A DNA stretch of 64,000 nucleotides from an uncultured Acidimicrobiales bacterium (lineage in GTDB: Bacteria > Actinomycetota > Acidimicrobiia > Acidimicrobiales > SZUA-35): contig CALAJQ010000018.1 in assembly GCA_937922785.1 (NCBI GenBank), positions 121,855 to 185,854 on the forward strand. Reading direction: 5' to 3'. Under the pieces are notes generated by a model. It had not been told where the DNA came from and did no database searches. It saw nothing but the letters and a program-made list of their open reading frames with translations. Positions 50,381-61,435 of this stretch are shown piece by piece; the stretch's first letter is position 1; every line of letters starts with the position of its first letter. The position numbers were made by a program, and so were the translations under genes.

Positions 50381-51543
50381 GAGAAGTGCCTGAGCCAGAG
50401 ATCTGCTATACGTCGGCGACTATCTTGACTGACCTCGGAGACATCGTTGCCAGCTTGTTTCATCTCGCTTAACGCAGCGATCATCTCGGCTTGAACGAGG
50501 TAGATGTAATCGCCCACTACTGCACCGTGAAGGAAGTTGACCGCATTGCCTTCGTTGATGAGATAGAAGTGGTGGTCATCCGTGGTGAGAATCTCAAGGT
50601 GCTCGCCAATCGGATTCCGCACGTGATCCATTGCCAGAGCTGCTAGGTCTAGCTCGCTATCTGATGAGGTCACTGTGAACAGGAAGGCCCCGGGCCTGAT
50701 CTGATCAACCAGTACTTTCGTGAGAAAGTTGGCTCCTGTCGCACCGACGATTAGTTCGGCATGGGGGAGTGTTTCGGATGCCGTGCCAACCTGGAAGCCG
50801 AGCGAGTGCGCCTCCACAGCTCTGATTGGGTTCGTATCCACCACCGCGACTCGTACCGCATTGCGCCTTAGTCCCTCCGCAACGCTCCTGCCAACTTTCC
50901 CGAACCCGAAAACTACTGCCGAGCGACCTTGCACGATTTGACCGTTAAGGCGTAGCACATGTTCCGCCGAGTGGTAGACCGCCTGGCCCACCAGGTAGTC
51001 TTCGGTGTTCTTCAACGGGCTCCTCGCCACTGAAAGTACTTTCAGGTCGAGCTTCGCTGTTTCGTAGACTTGAAGTCCGTTCTCTGTGTCCTCGACGACT
51101 CCTATGACATCGTGGACATCCGCCATCGAGCCATCCGTGAGTCCTCCTGCGAAGTACCCACCGATGTCCAACAATGCGACGGAACGCCCCGGGGCGGACA
51201 GCTTCAAATATTCGTCTAGGCCCTCGGTACTTCCCAGGTCGCTGCGGTCCGCGACACGCACGTCGAATCCACTTGCTTTGAGTTCGTCGATGGTTTGCAT
51301 GTGACCCGACTTGGGTTTTGCGAAAACTACCTTGAGATCCCCGACCTTTTCTAGCGCCTCCAGAAAGAACGGTCGATCTGCCAGAACGTGTGTAACGACG
51401 TAGATATCAGTAGGTTCGCCCAGAGAAAACGAAGCACAAACATCATCGAAGAAGTTTCGTATCCTACGATCTTGTAAGGTCGTTCTGACTGTGGCCACAC
51501 GGTCCTCCTCGATGCTCCACCCTCCATCGACCGCTGGGCACAT
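50377..51543 (-). CDS. Adenosylhomocysteinase-like NAD-dependent enzyme (alternative GTG start 51498)
   Basis: THVL, LDIGGY, VEDTENG, SVARSPLK..ED, GFGKVG, GATG, NEGNAVNF parallel AHCY catalytic and NAD motifs; ATGA-coupled to the deaminase. Confidence 0.8.
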   Translation of the reverse strand: MCPAVDGGWSIEEDRVATVRTTLQDRRIRNFFDDVCASFSLGEPTDIYVVTHVLADRPFFLEALEKVGDLKVVFAKPKSGHMQTIDELKASGFDVRVADRSDLGSTEGLDEYLKLSAPGRSVALLDIGGYFAGGLTDGSMADVHDVIGVVEDTENGLQVYETAKLDLKVLSVARSPLKNTEDYLVGQAVYHSAEHVLRLNGQIVQGRSAVVFGFGKVGRSVAEGLRRNAVRVAVVDTNPIRAVEAHSLGFQVGTASETLPHAELIVGATGANFLTKVLVDQIRPGAFLFTVTSSDSELDLAALAMDHVRNPIGEHLEILTTDDHHFYLINEGNAVNFLHGAVVGDYIYLVQAEMIAALSEMKQAGNDVSEVSQDSRRRIADLWLRHFS

Positions 51544-51803
51544 TCCTTTAGGACCAGATTGTCTGCTGCCGGGTCAACCGTCTGCGCTTGACTACCGATC
51601 CGTAGTGCCATTCGTGCAGTCCGGAGAGTTCAATGTTGAGCCCGCTCCCTATTCGTACCACAGTCGGCAAGCTAGGCACTCGGGAGCAGCGCTGAAGGTT
51701 CGAAGAGCAGGTAGGGTGGCGGTCAGTTGCCTCAGATACCAGTGCGCTGATCCTGCAGACAGCTGAGTAGTGGACATGACGCGAGCTGCAAGTAGCTAAA
51801 TCC

Positions 51804-52208
51804 TCACCGTCCGCGACTAGCCGAGCTAACCAATGCAGAGTTCGGCAAAGATGCCAGCAGTTGGCCAACAATGAGCATTAAATCGACCATTCTAATCGGT
51901 TCGCCATTTCCGCTGATTTGATCCATAGTGATCAACTCAATTCCTAGAGCGCCGCGCAGGACGTGATCTTCAGGCAATGCGTCGTAGGCAGCCCTAACGG
52001 AACTAAGCATCATTGGGGTTGCTGGCTCGAGGATCTCCTGCTCGTTGTCACCGTCGACGACGCGTTGGAGATCCTCATGTAGCTGCTTCATGCGTCTTTG
52101 GTGCGATCGGTCGGCCATGACAACGAGTATGCCCTCGAAGTTGATGGTTGCGAGTAGCGCATCATGACGCACTACTCCTTCAGTAGTAGGCTCTTCACTA
52201 GCGGTCAC
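51804..52208 (-). CDS. Hypothetical protein
   Basis: Helical ORF upstream and co-oriented with the AHCY-like gene. Confidence 0.5.
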   Translation of the reverse strand: MTASEEPTTEGVVRHDALLATINFEGILVVMADRSHQRRMKQLHEDLQRVVDGDNEQEILEPATPMMLSSVRAAYDALPEDHVLRGALGIELITMDQISGNGEPIRMVDLMLIVGQLLASLPNSALVSSASRGR

Positions 52209-52698
52209 AAAATGATGCAGAAAGTTGTTGACTAACGATTGAGCCGAGGATTTGCGCCCCGAAACTAAATGGGGCCTGCGGCGTCGATCAGCTCTAGGAC
52301 TGGTTTCGGAGCCCCGCGAGTCTAACTTGATGCTGAATTGGTCTCGCCTAATAATCGGATTTCATCCACGCGTTGCCGAGAACGCAACGAGCTCCTGCAC
52401 TTTGCGGTATGCAGCTTGCTTAGTTCACCCTTCATTTAGACCCCTACACTCACACTCACAACTGCTCGTTTCTGAGTCTGGTGCACGATGTTAGTGATGG
52501 GGGAGGGAACAAGGAGTGTTGAACGAACCAAGTCAGCGTCGTAAGTCTCAGCCGAGGGTTGCGGCTCGATGACTAGTAGCTGATTGGAGGGTCTTTTTGG
52601 TGCAAGAAGCTAAATCTAGAAGCAGATGCTTGCTTCTTGAATAAACCCTGACTAGGTTCCGTTCGGTTAGTTCGGCAATCGAAGTTCTGAGGACTGGT

Positions 52699-55600
52699 AT
52701 GGCTTCCAAGCGCTCTGTTTCATTCGTAATCTTCGTGGCTTTTGCGCTTCTGGCGTCGCTCGCTTCACCCGTCGGGGCGCAAACTGTCCCGTCGGATGAT
52801 GGTGAAGGTTTTGAGATTCCTGCTGGCTCAAGTGAAGGGCCCGGGCTAGAACCCCTGCCAGCTGAGGCTGCGGCTGCGGAGCTGTCCTCACCGGTTGGCA
52901 ACGTTGATCAGACTCCGCCGACGGTGTCAGATGAAATGGGGTTCATTGAGTCGACCGAGGAAGTTCCGGTCGTACTTGCTGGCGAGCAGATTGGTGAGCG
53001 TGGTGTTGCGAGCGATGTTTGGGACACGACCGATGGCGGTCTGGTTGTTCATGCCTATGGTGATCTGACCTACTTTGATGACGGCAGCGGGGGGATGGCG
53101 CCGATCGACCTGAAATTGTCTCCGATCAACGGACGCACCGATTGGTTCGAGACGACAGCCAACTCATTTGCAGTCAGGTTTGGGCCGATGTCGGGTGAGG
53201 GCCCGGTTGAGTTGACTCTTGCTGATGGTTCTGAAGTGAAACTGATTCCGACGGTTCCCCCTGGCCGTATTTCGAAGGTCGAGATGGAGGTCGACGCCGA
53301 GCTGGGGGTTGTTACCTATGTGGACGTGTTCCCTGGTGTAGATCTTCGCTATTCGGCGACTCCGACCGGGTTGAAGGAAGACATCATTCTCAATCGTCGC
53401 GGCAATGTCCCTCGTTTTGAGACGATCATTGAAGGAGTCGACCTTGACACTGAGTTGGACAGCGAAACAGGTCTGTTCCTGCCGATGGAAGCCAAAGGGC
53501 AGAAAGCTGTCGACCGTAAGCCCGGAAACGCAATCCCGGGTGGTGTCGCACTGGGCCAGCTCTTGATTGAAGACAGTAAGGGTGCGCCGATCGACAATAA
53601 AGATGCTGGTGCGGCCGTTGAGGTGACGAAGGGTCAAGGAAAGGGTGATGGCAACATTCGATCGGCTGTGTCAGTCGAAGTGTCTGAGCAATGGCTGTCT
53701 GGGTTATCTGCAGACGACTACCCGATTGTCTTGGACCCTGGTTACTACGCGGCTTGGGCTATCGCTACCGGAAACGCTGCTCCGACGTCCAAGTGGCATG
53801 GTTCAACAGGAACCTCTCACAACAATATCCACGTTGGCAACTCTCGTTCGCCGAGCGGGCCGAACGGTGACTCGTTTTGGCGGGCTCGGATGCAGTTCGA
53901 GGTCGGGCTGTATGGCGGCACGCTGTCTGGTCTTGCGGACTTGGGCTGGGGAGTTACGTCTGCAAAGGCGAAGCTTCAGTTTGCAGCTGGCACGCAATCG
54001 ACCCGTAATGTATGGGCCGGATGGGACGACGCCGCTCCCTATGAATGGCCTGGAATGTATCCCGGACGGTACGCCTCGCAATATGACACAGCGCCAGTAG
54101 GCGGCTCGACGGGCGGCAATGCAGGAACTGCGCATGAGTGGAATATCCCGATCACCAACGTCGCTCGGAAGTGGCTGAACGAGGAAGTCGACCAGCCGTG
54201 GCTGACGCTCAAAGGCGACGAAACGCCAGGTGTATATACATACAAGCGGTTCAGTAATGTTGCGATTGAACTGTTTCTCCGCAAAAAGCCGACGCGGCCT
54301 GCACCCGCGTCACCCGCTGACAATCTCGTCACTGCTGATGAGACTCCGACTCTCACCTCAACCCTCTCGTCGCCTCAAGAGACAGGGCAACAGGTTGCCT
54401 ATTGGTTCAGGATCTCCACTGCTCCGGGGGTTGACAACGGCCAGATAGTCGCCGATTCGGGTTGGACGGGCCAATCTTGGACAGTGCCAGAAGGAATTCT
54501 GCAGGACGGCGTCAAATACTATTGGAATGTTAAGTCAATCGACACCGTCTACGGCATCTACAACAACACTATTCCGTCCTCGGTTCGTTCTTTCACACTG
54601 AATCGGCGGCTCGGAACCGGCGACCCAACTCAGGCGTATGAATCATTCGGGCCAGGCACTGTCAACCTCGGCAACGGCAACTACGTAGTGTCGGTCGGTT
54701 CATCTGGCTTCGATACTTTAGGCGGGTCCATTTCTGCAGGCTTGACGTTCAACAGCCAACTAAAGCAGGACCATGGTCTGATCGGCACCTATTCAAGTGA
54801 TCCCAATCACAACGGCCTCGTCGATAACGGTGAAGTTCCGTGGGTCAAAAGGATCGAACGACCTAACTTCGATTGGGGCGAAGAATCTCCATCTGGTGCT
54901 GGAGTAGGTCAGGTCGACTGGTTCGTGACGCATTGGGACGGGTTCATCCAAGTCCCCGCAACTGGTGTTTACAAGATGGGTGCCACCTATGATGACGGCG
55001 CCAAGATCGTGGTCGGCGGGACCACGGTATTGAACAAACTGAACGGGACGCCATCTACTGCCGACTATGGCACCTCGAAAACGTTGACAGGGGGCCAGTT
55101 CATCCCGATCCACATTGAGTATCGGGAGAAGACCGGTTCAGCGCGATTCAAGCTACTGATCAAATGCCAATCTGGTGGCTGTACTTCGACTTACCCGCAA
55201 CTGGGAACCAATTGGTCTCTTGAAGTGCCCTCTGACTGGTTGAGTCCAGAGCCGTCAGTCCTCCCAGAGGGCTGGTCGCTAGGAACTTCGGCGTCGGGCG
55301 GCCGTGGCTGGATTGAAGCCAAAACCGTAGGCAAAGACGTGGTCCTGAAAGACTCGTCAGGACTCTCGTCACGCTTTGAGTATGTATCTCCTGGCTCGTG
55401 GAAAGCCCCGAAGGGTGAGTACTCGACTCTAACCAAACCAAGCGGAGGCGAATACACGCTCCAAAGCGATGACGGCTTCACCTACGTTTTTAGCGCTGAC
55501 GGCAAGCTTGACTCGACAAGTTCACCACTTGATATCGGCAACCCAACGCTTCCTCAGGTCATAAAAGATTCGAACGGTCGAGTCTCGGCTGTGAAGGACC

Positions 55601-58600
55601 CTGTATCGGGTCGTCAGATGACATTGGTCTATTCGGGTTCCGGTATCTGTCCGACCCACCCATGGACTCCAACCGCATTCGATCCCGCACCGAGCGGGAT
55701 GCTATGCCAAATCAGATATCCGGACACGACCAGCAATATCGAAACGGCAACGACGATTTGGTACAAGAACGACCTGATTTCACGGATCTGGAATCCAGGG
55801 GTCGAACAGTACGACTTAGGCTGGACGAACGGCCAACTTGTCTCAGTGGTCGATCCGCATGTAAACGACGCGTTCCGGTACGGAGTTGCAGGAGTTTCTG
55901 CGGCGGATGCTCCCTGGCAGATGCAGTACACCTCCGACCGGCTATTCAAAGTGATTTCTCCGCTGCCAGCGTCTGGCCAGCTGAAATCAGCAGCCCAAAT
56001 CATTTACGGCACCAATCAGGCAACGCTTCAGACTAAAGGGCTGGCATCAACGAACGTCTACGGAGCAACGCGCACTGTTCACTTTGAATCAGACACACTG
56101 CGCTCAACGAAAACAGTCGGTGCAGACGGAACGGTGGTGGAACAGGGCTGGAATCCAAACGACTCGCTACAATGGAGCAAAGACGCCGCAGGTCGAAAGA
56201 CGACTTATCACTACGATCCGCTTGATCGACTCACAGACGTATATGGTCCTGCGCCAGGGTCTTGCTTTGGTGGCAATCAGTTGCCGAATGGAAGCTGTTC
56301 GAACCCGAGTGTTGCTCATGTGGAAACAGCCTATGAAGAAGGGCTCGGAGGGCTAGCGGTCAGCGTATATGGCAACCGGAATTTGGCTGGTAGTCCGACG
56401 AAATTCTCATTCGACTCCGACACTTCGATAGACACAGCTGGCCTACCCGTCGGCTCCGATTTCTCGGTCCGTTACACAGGCAAGTTTTACACGACTGGTG
56501 GGGCGAACTTTGACACATTCACGGCCTGGTTCCACGGTGGAGCACGGATCTACGTTGACAACGTCGAAGTGTTCGACCAGTGGGAACAAAACAAGAGCTG
56601 GAATCCAGCAGCGGTTGGGAACGTGACCCTGACCGCGGGTTGGCACGACATCCGGATCGATTATCAACCAAAGACAGACGGCACGCGAGCCTTCTATATG
56701 CGGTTGGGAGGATCTCCCGGGGCAGGAGCACCTTTGGCCGGTACAGCTTTGTCGCCGAGCTATGACCTCGCGACGTCAAACACCGCACATGATGATGGTG
56801 GCTCTGCACCATCGATGACTAACAAATCGACTTTCGGAGAGCCTTGGCTTGGTTTGGCGACCCAATCCAGAGTTGATCCCAACGGGCTGAACCTGACAGC
56901 GAACATGATTTACGGGGCGACTTATAATCGACGCGAGACTAGATCGATGCCTAACGGCAATCAATGGACCTATCAATGGTATGGACCGAGCGAGGCGCCA
57001 GTAGCTAACACGTGTTCCAACGCAGCGTCTTCCCAAGCTGGTATGGCGAAGACCCGCTACTACCAGAGCGCTGCGAACCGTCCTGACACGTACGTGTACG
57101 ACATAATGGGTCGACAAGTGGGTCATAAGTCTGGCTTCGCTGACTGGAGCTGCACCTACTTCGACACGCGAGGCCGAACTTCGCAGACAGACCAACCTGG
57201 TAACCGGATCTCCTACTACTCCTACGCGCCCAGCAACAACCCGATGTACACCCACATCGGCGAGACTATTAACGGGACGAATACGGGCACAACGGTGATC
57301 AAGACCGACCTCCTCGGACGCGAGGTCGAGTATCGGGACGAATCCGGCACCGTCACCACAACCAGCTACGACCGGACAGGACGGGTAACGACTTCAACTA
57401 CAACCAAATCGGGTTCAAGTATCACAAACGGCATCACGTACGACCAATTCGGGCGAACCCAAACCCAAACAATAAACGGCGCCGCGGCGGCAACAACCAG
57501 CTATAACACTGACGGTGAGACCTCGACTATCACCTACAGCCACGGACCAGGGGTGACGACGACCGCTACGATCAGCCGTGACAACCGCCAGGGCCAAGTC
57601 TCGGGTGTCATCTATGGCCTTAACGGCAGCACTCTGACCGAGTCAGTGTCAAGAAGCCAGTCCGGCCGAATCAAATCTCACACAACCAACGGTTCTGCCT
57701 GGAGCTACAGCTACGACGCAGTCGGCCGACTCAAGACCGCTGTGAGGGGATCAGACAGCTACTCTTACAACTACGATGCCAACTCAAACCGGACATCAGC
57801 GAACTTGAACGGATCCAGCGTCTCCTACCAATACAACACCCTCGATCAACTTGCCTCATACACAGGCATGACAGGGAGTATCGGCTATGACACGGCCGCT
57901 AACACGATCGGTGTCAACGGGTTGACCTTGGGTTGGGACGCCAGCGGCCGCAACACCGGGATCACGAGTCCGGGCGTCAATGTCAGCTACATCCGAGACT
58001 CAAGCGATCGGGTTAAGCAGCGTTCCGACAACGGCGTCCTCAGCACCTACCTATATGACAGCTCTGCAGACGCACCGATCGGAATCACACTCCCCGGAAG
58101 CGTCAACGTTGCAGAATGGTACGTCCAACTACCAGGCGGCGTTCTCCGAACCGTCAAGCCGGCAGCACCGGACAGCTGGCTGTACCCGAACCTCCACGGT
58201 GACACGCTGGCCACCGTCGATACTGCAGGTCAACTGACTGCGGGTCCGTTCGTATACGGGCCATACGGAGAGAAGATCGGGTCGACCATGGCAAACCAGA
58301 CCGCCATCAACGCCGACTATGGCTGGGTAGGGCAGCACCAGAAAGCCACAGAAACACAACTGCAGAACATCATCCAGATGGGGGCGCGGCCCTACCACCC
58401 CGAGCTTGGACGGTTCCTATCGGTCGACCCCGTCGAAGGCGGAACACCTAATGATTACGCCTATGTAACTGATCCGATAAACAGTTATGACCTCAACGGG
58501 ATGTGGGGAATACCCAATCCAATCAAGGCCGTCAAAAAGGCAGCAAAGGTGGTTGGCTCAACTGCGGCGTCGGTTGGAAAGTTCGTGGACAAACACAGCG

Positions 58601-59037
58601 GCACCATTGCCACTGGTCTTGCGATCGCGGCAGTAGTGGTCTCGGCTGCTACTCCTGTGGGAATGGTGATACTGGTAGCTGCTACTGCGGCCGCGGCATA
58701 CGACACACAAAAGGTGTGTAGGAGCGGCGATGGCGTCGGATGTGCACTCGGCGTCGTAGGAACCGTGACCGGAGGCACGGGTGGACTATTCCAGCGAGTT
58801 GGTTCAAAAGTTGCGAAGTTTGGAAGGGTCAGGCTTGCGGCTGGCCAGTTGACCGGTTCCAAGTTTTCCGGTGTTCGCAAATTCCTGCCGAGACTCGGGA
58901 GGATTCCGGGAAGCTTCAACCGGATCGGCGGCAGGGCACTCGAACGGGCGGGAACCTCTCTGACAGGCCTCGGCAATCGGTTGACAAGACGGGGCGCAGG
59001 AGTTGCCGCGGGTGCTTATGCCTGGTCCTTCCGATAA
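52699..59037 (+). CDS. Secreted Rhs polymorphic toxin with two PA14 domains and a hydrophobic/basic C-terminal tip
   Basis: Signal peptide; GLKEDIIL; PA14 motifs (FDWG..SP...F...WDGFI...DDGAKI; FSVRYTG...GGARIYVDN); YD repeats; [31 protein letters not shown]. Confidence 0.92.
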   Translation: MASKRSVSFVIFVAFALLASLASPVGAQTVPSDDGEGFEIPAGSSEGPGLEPLPAEAAAAELSSPVGNVDQTPPTVSDEMGFIESTEEVPVVLAGEQIGERGVASDVWDTTDGGLVVHAYGDLTYFDDGSGGMAPIDLKLSPINGRTDWFETTANSFAVRFGPMSGEGPVELTLADGSEVKLIPTVPPGRISKVEMEVDAELGVVTYVDVFPGVDLRYSATPTGLKEDIILNRRGNVPRFETIIEGVDLDTELDSETGLFLPMEAKGQKAVDRKPGNAIPGGVALGQLLIEDSKGAPIDNKDAGAAVEVTKGQGKGDGNIRSAVSVEVSEQWLSGLSADDYPIVLDPGYYAAWAIATGNAAPTSKWHGSTGTSHNNIHVGNSRSPSGPNGDSFWRARMQFEVGLYGGTLSGLADLGWGVTSAKAKLQFAAGTQSTRNVWAGWDDAAPYEWPGMYPGRYASQYDTAPVGGSTGGNAGTAHEWNIPITNVARKWLNEEVDQPWLTLKGDETPGVYTYKRFSNVAIELFLRKKPTRPAPASPADNLVTADETPTLTSTLSSPQETGQQVAYWFRISTAPGVDNGQIVADSGWTGQSWTVPEGILQDGVKYYWNVKSIDTVYGIYNNTIPSSVRSFTLNRRLGTGDPTQAYESFGPGTVNLGNGNYVVSVGSSGFDTLGGSISAGLTFNSQLKQDHGLIGTYSSDPNHNGLVDNGEVPWVKRIERPNFDWGEESPSGAGVGQVDWFVTHWDGFIQVPATGVYKMGATYDDGAKIVVGGTTVLNKLNGTPSTADYGTSKTLTGGQFIPIHIEYREKTGSARFKLLIKCQSGGCTSTYPQLGTNWSLEVPSDWLSPEPSVLPEGWSLGTSASGGRGWIEAKTVGKDVVLKDSSGLSSRFEYVSPGSWKAPKGEYSTLTKPSGGEYTLQSDDGFTYVFSADGKLDSTSSPLDIGNPTLPQVIKDSNGRVSAVKDPVSGRQMTLVYSGSGICPTHPWTPTAFDPAPSGMLCQIRYPDTTSNIETATTIWYKNDLISRIWNPGVEQYDLGWTNGQLVSVVDPHVNDAFRYGVAGVSAADAPWQMQYTSDRLFKVISPLPASGQLKSAAQIIYGTNQATLQTKGLASTNVYGATRTVHFESDTLRSTKTVGADGTVVEQGWNPNDSLQWSKDAAGRKTTYHYDPLDRLTDVYGPAPGSCFGGNQLPNGSCSNPSVAHVETAYEEGLGGLAVSVYGNRNLAGSPTKFSFDSDTSIDTAGLPVGSDFSVRYTGKFYTTGGANFDTFTAWFHGGARIYVDNVEVFDQWEQNKSWNPAAVGNVTLTAGWHDIRIDYQPKTDGTRAFYMRLGGSPGAGAPLAGTALSPSYDLATSNTAHDDGGSAPSMTNKSTFGEPWLGLATQSRVDPNGLNLTANMIYGATYNRRETRSMPNGNQWTYQWYGPSEAPVANTCSNAASSQAGMAKTRYYQSAANRPDTYVYDIMGRQVGHKSGFADWSCTYFDTRGRTSQTDQPGNRISYYSYAPSNNPMYTHIGETINGTNTGTTVIKTDLLGREVEYRDESGTVTTTSYDRTGRVTTSTTTKSGSSITNGITYDQFGRTQTQTINGAAAATTSYNTDGETSTITYSHGPGVTTTATISRDNRQGQVSGVIYGLNGSTLTESVSRSQSGRIKSHTTNGSAWSYSYDAVGRLKTAVRGSDSYSYNYDANSNRTSANLNGSSVSYQYNTLDQLASYTGMTGSIGYDTAANTIGVNGLTLGWDASGRNTGITSPGVNVSYIRDSSDRVKQRSDNGVLSTYLYDSSADAPIGITLPGSVNVAEWYVQLPGGVLRTVKPAAPDSWLYPNLHGDTLATVDTAGQLTAGPFVYGPYGEKIGSTMANQTAINADYGWVGQHQKATETQLQNIIQMGARPYHPELGRFLSVDPVEGGTPNDYAYVTDPINSYDLNGMWGIPNPIKAVKKAAKVVGSTAASVGKFVDKHSGTIATGLAIAAVVVSAATPVGMVILVAATAAAAYDTQKVCRSGDGVGCALGVVGTVTGGTGGLFQRVGSKVAKFGRVRLAAGQLTGSKFSGVRKFLPRLGRIPGSFNRIGGRALERAGTSLTGLGNRLTRRGAGVAAGAYAWSFR

Positions 59038-59471
59038 TGAAAGATAGCGTCGCCTTCCACGGCATCCAGAATGCACCAAAAGCTAGGTGGTTTCACAAAC
59101 GTCGGCTTCGCAAGATTGCAAAGCTCAACACCCCCGCAGTTGCCGTCTATGCCCGGGTGCCGCTCTTTGTTCGGGTCAATATGGGATTTGGTTTGTTCCC
59201 ATTAGTTCTCGCAATTCATCATCGGGGAGGAAAAGAACAGGTTTCCATCACTGAGCCCAACCCCTGGGACTCACTGACGATGATCCCAGTTTCTGAAGGC
59301 ACGTGCAATGTTCATCTGCGTGCTGGACAGCGCAGCACCGAAATCGAACGAGTACTCCAGGGTGACGAGGTTCTGCTTATCTATGCACGTGCAACTTTCG
59401 GGTTCAGGTCGAAGAAGTCCTATGTGCACAATGTGTACTGCGGAATTGTTGATGCTAGCTATTTGGAATAG
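59037..59471 (+). CDS. Putative immunity protein of Rhs2
   Basis: TAATG coupling to the toxin stop. Confidence 0.6.
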   Translation: MKDSVAFHGIQNAPKARWFHKRRLRKIAKLNTPAVAVYARVPLFVRVNMGFGLFPLVLAIHHRGGKEQVSITEPNPWDSLTMIPVSEGTCNVHLRAGQRSTEIERVLQGDEVLLIYARATFGFRSKKSYVHNVYCGIVDASYLE

Positions 59472-59732
59472 CTACGAAGAAGCCAAGAGCTGGCTTACTG
59501 AAGAGAGGTCGTCCATCTCGGGCGAAGTGGGCCTCGGGTCTGACGAAGGGTGCGTATCGGGTAACTGGTGTATGTCATGTTGTGGAACATGTCGATACAG
59601 ATTCTGGTGTGCGGGTCAGGTTGGTGGTGCGAGACAAGCCTGATCTTGAGCGTCTTGCGAAGGCGGTTGTGGCTGTGGCGCTTGAAGAGGCCCGGCGTAA
59701 CCAAGACTCAGCATCGAGCAAGTAGATCCGGT

Positions 59733-60128
59733 CTAAGTCCGGGGGACTACTCCAGCCTCAACCAGGTACTTTTTTAATGTGGCTGGGTGGACTCGGTAAG
59801 TCTTAGCTAGTGAGCTGAAAGAGCTGCCAGAGTCGTATCTTCGTGCGGCTTCTTCGATCTGGTCTGAGTCCATGACAGGGTATCTAGGTCTCATCGCAAC
59901 GTTGTTTTTGCGTAGCAATGCCGTCGTTGTTTTGCGGTTGATCCCGTAGCTCCTAGCTAGGTCCACTATCTGAGATCCAGCTAGGTATTCCTGCATTAAG
60001 GCAGCCACCTTCTCGTCGCTAAGCCGTGTCTGACGTTGCACCGGCCCTGACTGATCATCGATTTCGCCGTGTTCACTACTGTCAGTCTTCTGAGGTACAG
60101 GGTGTGAGAACCGCGCGGTTAGGACCAC
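59733..60128 (-). CDS. Tandem helix-turn-helix protein at the element's right end (predicted detached integrase C-terminus)
   Basis: Two resolvase-like HTH repeats (EYLAG..IVDLARSYGINRKT; RYDSG.SFSSLAKTYRVHPAT); GTG at 60128 lies on the att core. Confidence 0.75.
   Translation of the reverse strand: MVLTARFSHPVPQKTDSSEHGEIDDQSGPVQRQTRLSDEKVAALMQEYLAGSQIVDLARSYGINRKTTTALLRKNNVAMRPRYPVMDSDQIEEAARRYDSGSSFSSLAKTYRVHPATLKKYLVEAGVVPRT
60109..60128. other. Predicted attR (CCAC core 60125-60128)
   Basis: Same core and codon phase as attL; adjacent palindrome AACCGCGCGGTT; followed by a hairpin that could be the native tRNA terminator. Confidence 0.6.
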
Positions 60129-60390
60129 TGAAAACAACCATTTCGTGGATTGTTTCTTGGAGTTTCGGCCTAGCGGCCAAAACATCCGGGAAGTATCGAG
60201 CTTTGCTCAAACCCAAACGGCGAGCCCAAGTCGGTGCCGGTTTGGATCGTCGATCTTGCCGACGGCAAGCTTGGGTGGCCCCGTGAACTTCGGAGTGATC
60301 ATTACCCCTCGTTAGTGGTTGTTTGGCTTCTTCTTCTTTGGCTTTCATCACACGGGGGTCGAGTCTTCTGCGTTCGCTTCGCTCACTCCG

Positions 60391-60560
60391 TGAGACGTCG
60401 ACCCCTTTTGACGCGATCCGTTCACCTTGCGTTTGAGACGTCGGCGCCTTTTGAGGCGATCCGTTCACCTTGCGTTTGAGACGTCGACCCCTTTTGAGGC
60501 GATCCGTTCAACTTGCGTTTGAGACGTCGACGCCTTTTGACGCGATCCCTTCACCTTGCG
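60391..60560. repeat. Four tandem 43-bp repeats
   Basis: TGAGACGTCGACCCCTTTTGACGCGATCCGTTCACCTTGCGTT units start at 60391, 60434, 60477, 60520 with few substitutions; last unit slightly short. Confidence 0.92.
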
Positions 60561-60586
60561 ATCAGCCCATTGCGTACACTTGTTTT

Positions 60587-61435
60587 ATGGATGCTGCCGT
60601 TGTTGATTACACGTCCGCTGATGCACCCGAGCAGTTTGCAACAAGCTTACGCGAAACCGGGTTTGCTGTTCTTGTGAATCATCCGCTGCCTTGGTCGGTT
60701 GTGGAGAAGATCTACCAAGAGTGGGCCGAGCTGTTCGACTCGCCAGCGGTTGACGCGTATGACATCGACCCGACCGGTCAGACTGGTTGGTTTCCGGCTA
60801 ATCGCAGCGAGACCGCCAAGGGCGCTAACGTCCGCGATCTCAAAGAGTTCTTCCACGTCTATGACTGGTCGGTTTACCCGACCGAAGTTAGTGACGCAGC
60901 CCGTCAATACCGCCAGATTGCATACGACTTGGCGATCACTTTGCTCAACTGGGTCGAGGCCAATACGCCACCCGAAATCACCGAACGCCTTTCGATGCCC
61001 TTGTCGAAAATGATGGAAGGAAGCACTCGCTCGCTGCTTCGAGTGCTGCGCTACCCGCCATTGCCGCCAGAGATTCCTGAAGGCGCAGTCAGAGCAGCGG
61101 CACATGAAGACATCAACTTGCTGACGGTTTTGACAGCCAGTGATCAACCGGGTCTTGAACTCCTCGGTGCCAATGACGAATGGTTCCCGGTTCCCTGTGA
61201 CCCAGGCTCACTTGCTGTTAACGGGGGAGAGATGCTCGACCTTGCAACTCAGGGTTACTACCCGGCCACGACTCACCGTGTCGTGAACCCGATTGGTGAG
61301 GCGGCAAGCGTTGCACGAATGTCGTTGCCGATGTTCCTTCATCCAGCCGACGACGTTGTGTTGGCCCAAGGGCGCACAGCTTCAGAGTTCCTTCAGGCCC
61401 GCATCGCAGAGCTACGTGGTGACAAGAAGTCCTAA
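60587..61435 (+). CDS. 2OG-Fe(II) oxygenase (IPNS/DIOX_N family)
   Basis: SLRETGFAVL.NH, DLKEFFH, LRYPP, AHEDINLLT, THRV, RMS motifs. Confidence 0.93.
   Translation: MDAAVVDYTSADAPEQFATSLRETGFAVLVNHPLPWSVVEKIYQEWAELFDSPAVDAYDIDPTGQTGWFPANRSETAKGANVRDLKEFFHVYDWSVYPTEVSDAARQYRQIAYDLAITLLNWVEANTPPEITERLSMPLSKMMEGSTRSLLRVLRYPPLPPEIPEGAVRAAAHEDINLLTVLTASDQPGLELLGANDEWFPVPCDPGSLAVNGGEMLDLATQGYYPATTHRVVNPIGEAASVARMSLPMFLHPADDVVLAQGRTASEFLQARIAELRGDKKS

Larger units (their letters stand above)
9264..60128. mobile_element. Integrative (likely mobilizable) element / genomic island in tRNA-Val, ~50.9 kb
   Basis: Serine integrase abutting the tRNA; ImmA/XRE, ArdA, MTase, relaxase-like and coupling ATPase genes; conflict cargo; housekeeping genes resume after ~60.6 kb; CCAC core at both ends. 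Confidence 0.85.

Noticed and set aside
51544-51800. SAH riboswitch or AvcI-like RNA upstream of the AHCY-like gene
   Set aside because: No recognisable consensus on the coding strand; a covariance-model search would be needed.
9264-60128. Prophage interpretation
   Set aside because: No terminase large subunit, portal, capsid or tail genes recognised; DUF5131 and the MTase are not phage-specific.
60129-60185. Upstream TTG/GTG-type extension of the HTH ORF to 60185
   Set aside because: These 19 codons lie outside the predicted att core in host flank DNA and show no clear RBS; probably fortuitous, though translation in the integrated state is not excluded.
60391-60560. Possible CRISPR array
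   Set aside because: Units are contiguous near-identical 43-mers with no unique spacers, and no cas genes are present in the window.
59000-61000. Long direct repeat of the tRNA 3' end as attR
   Set aside because: None found by eye; only a 4-bp core is shared, as expected for a serine rather than a tyrosine integrase.
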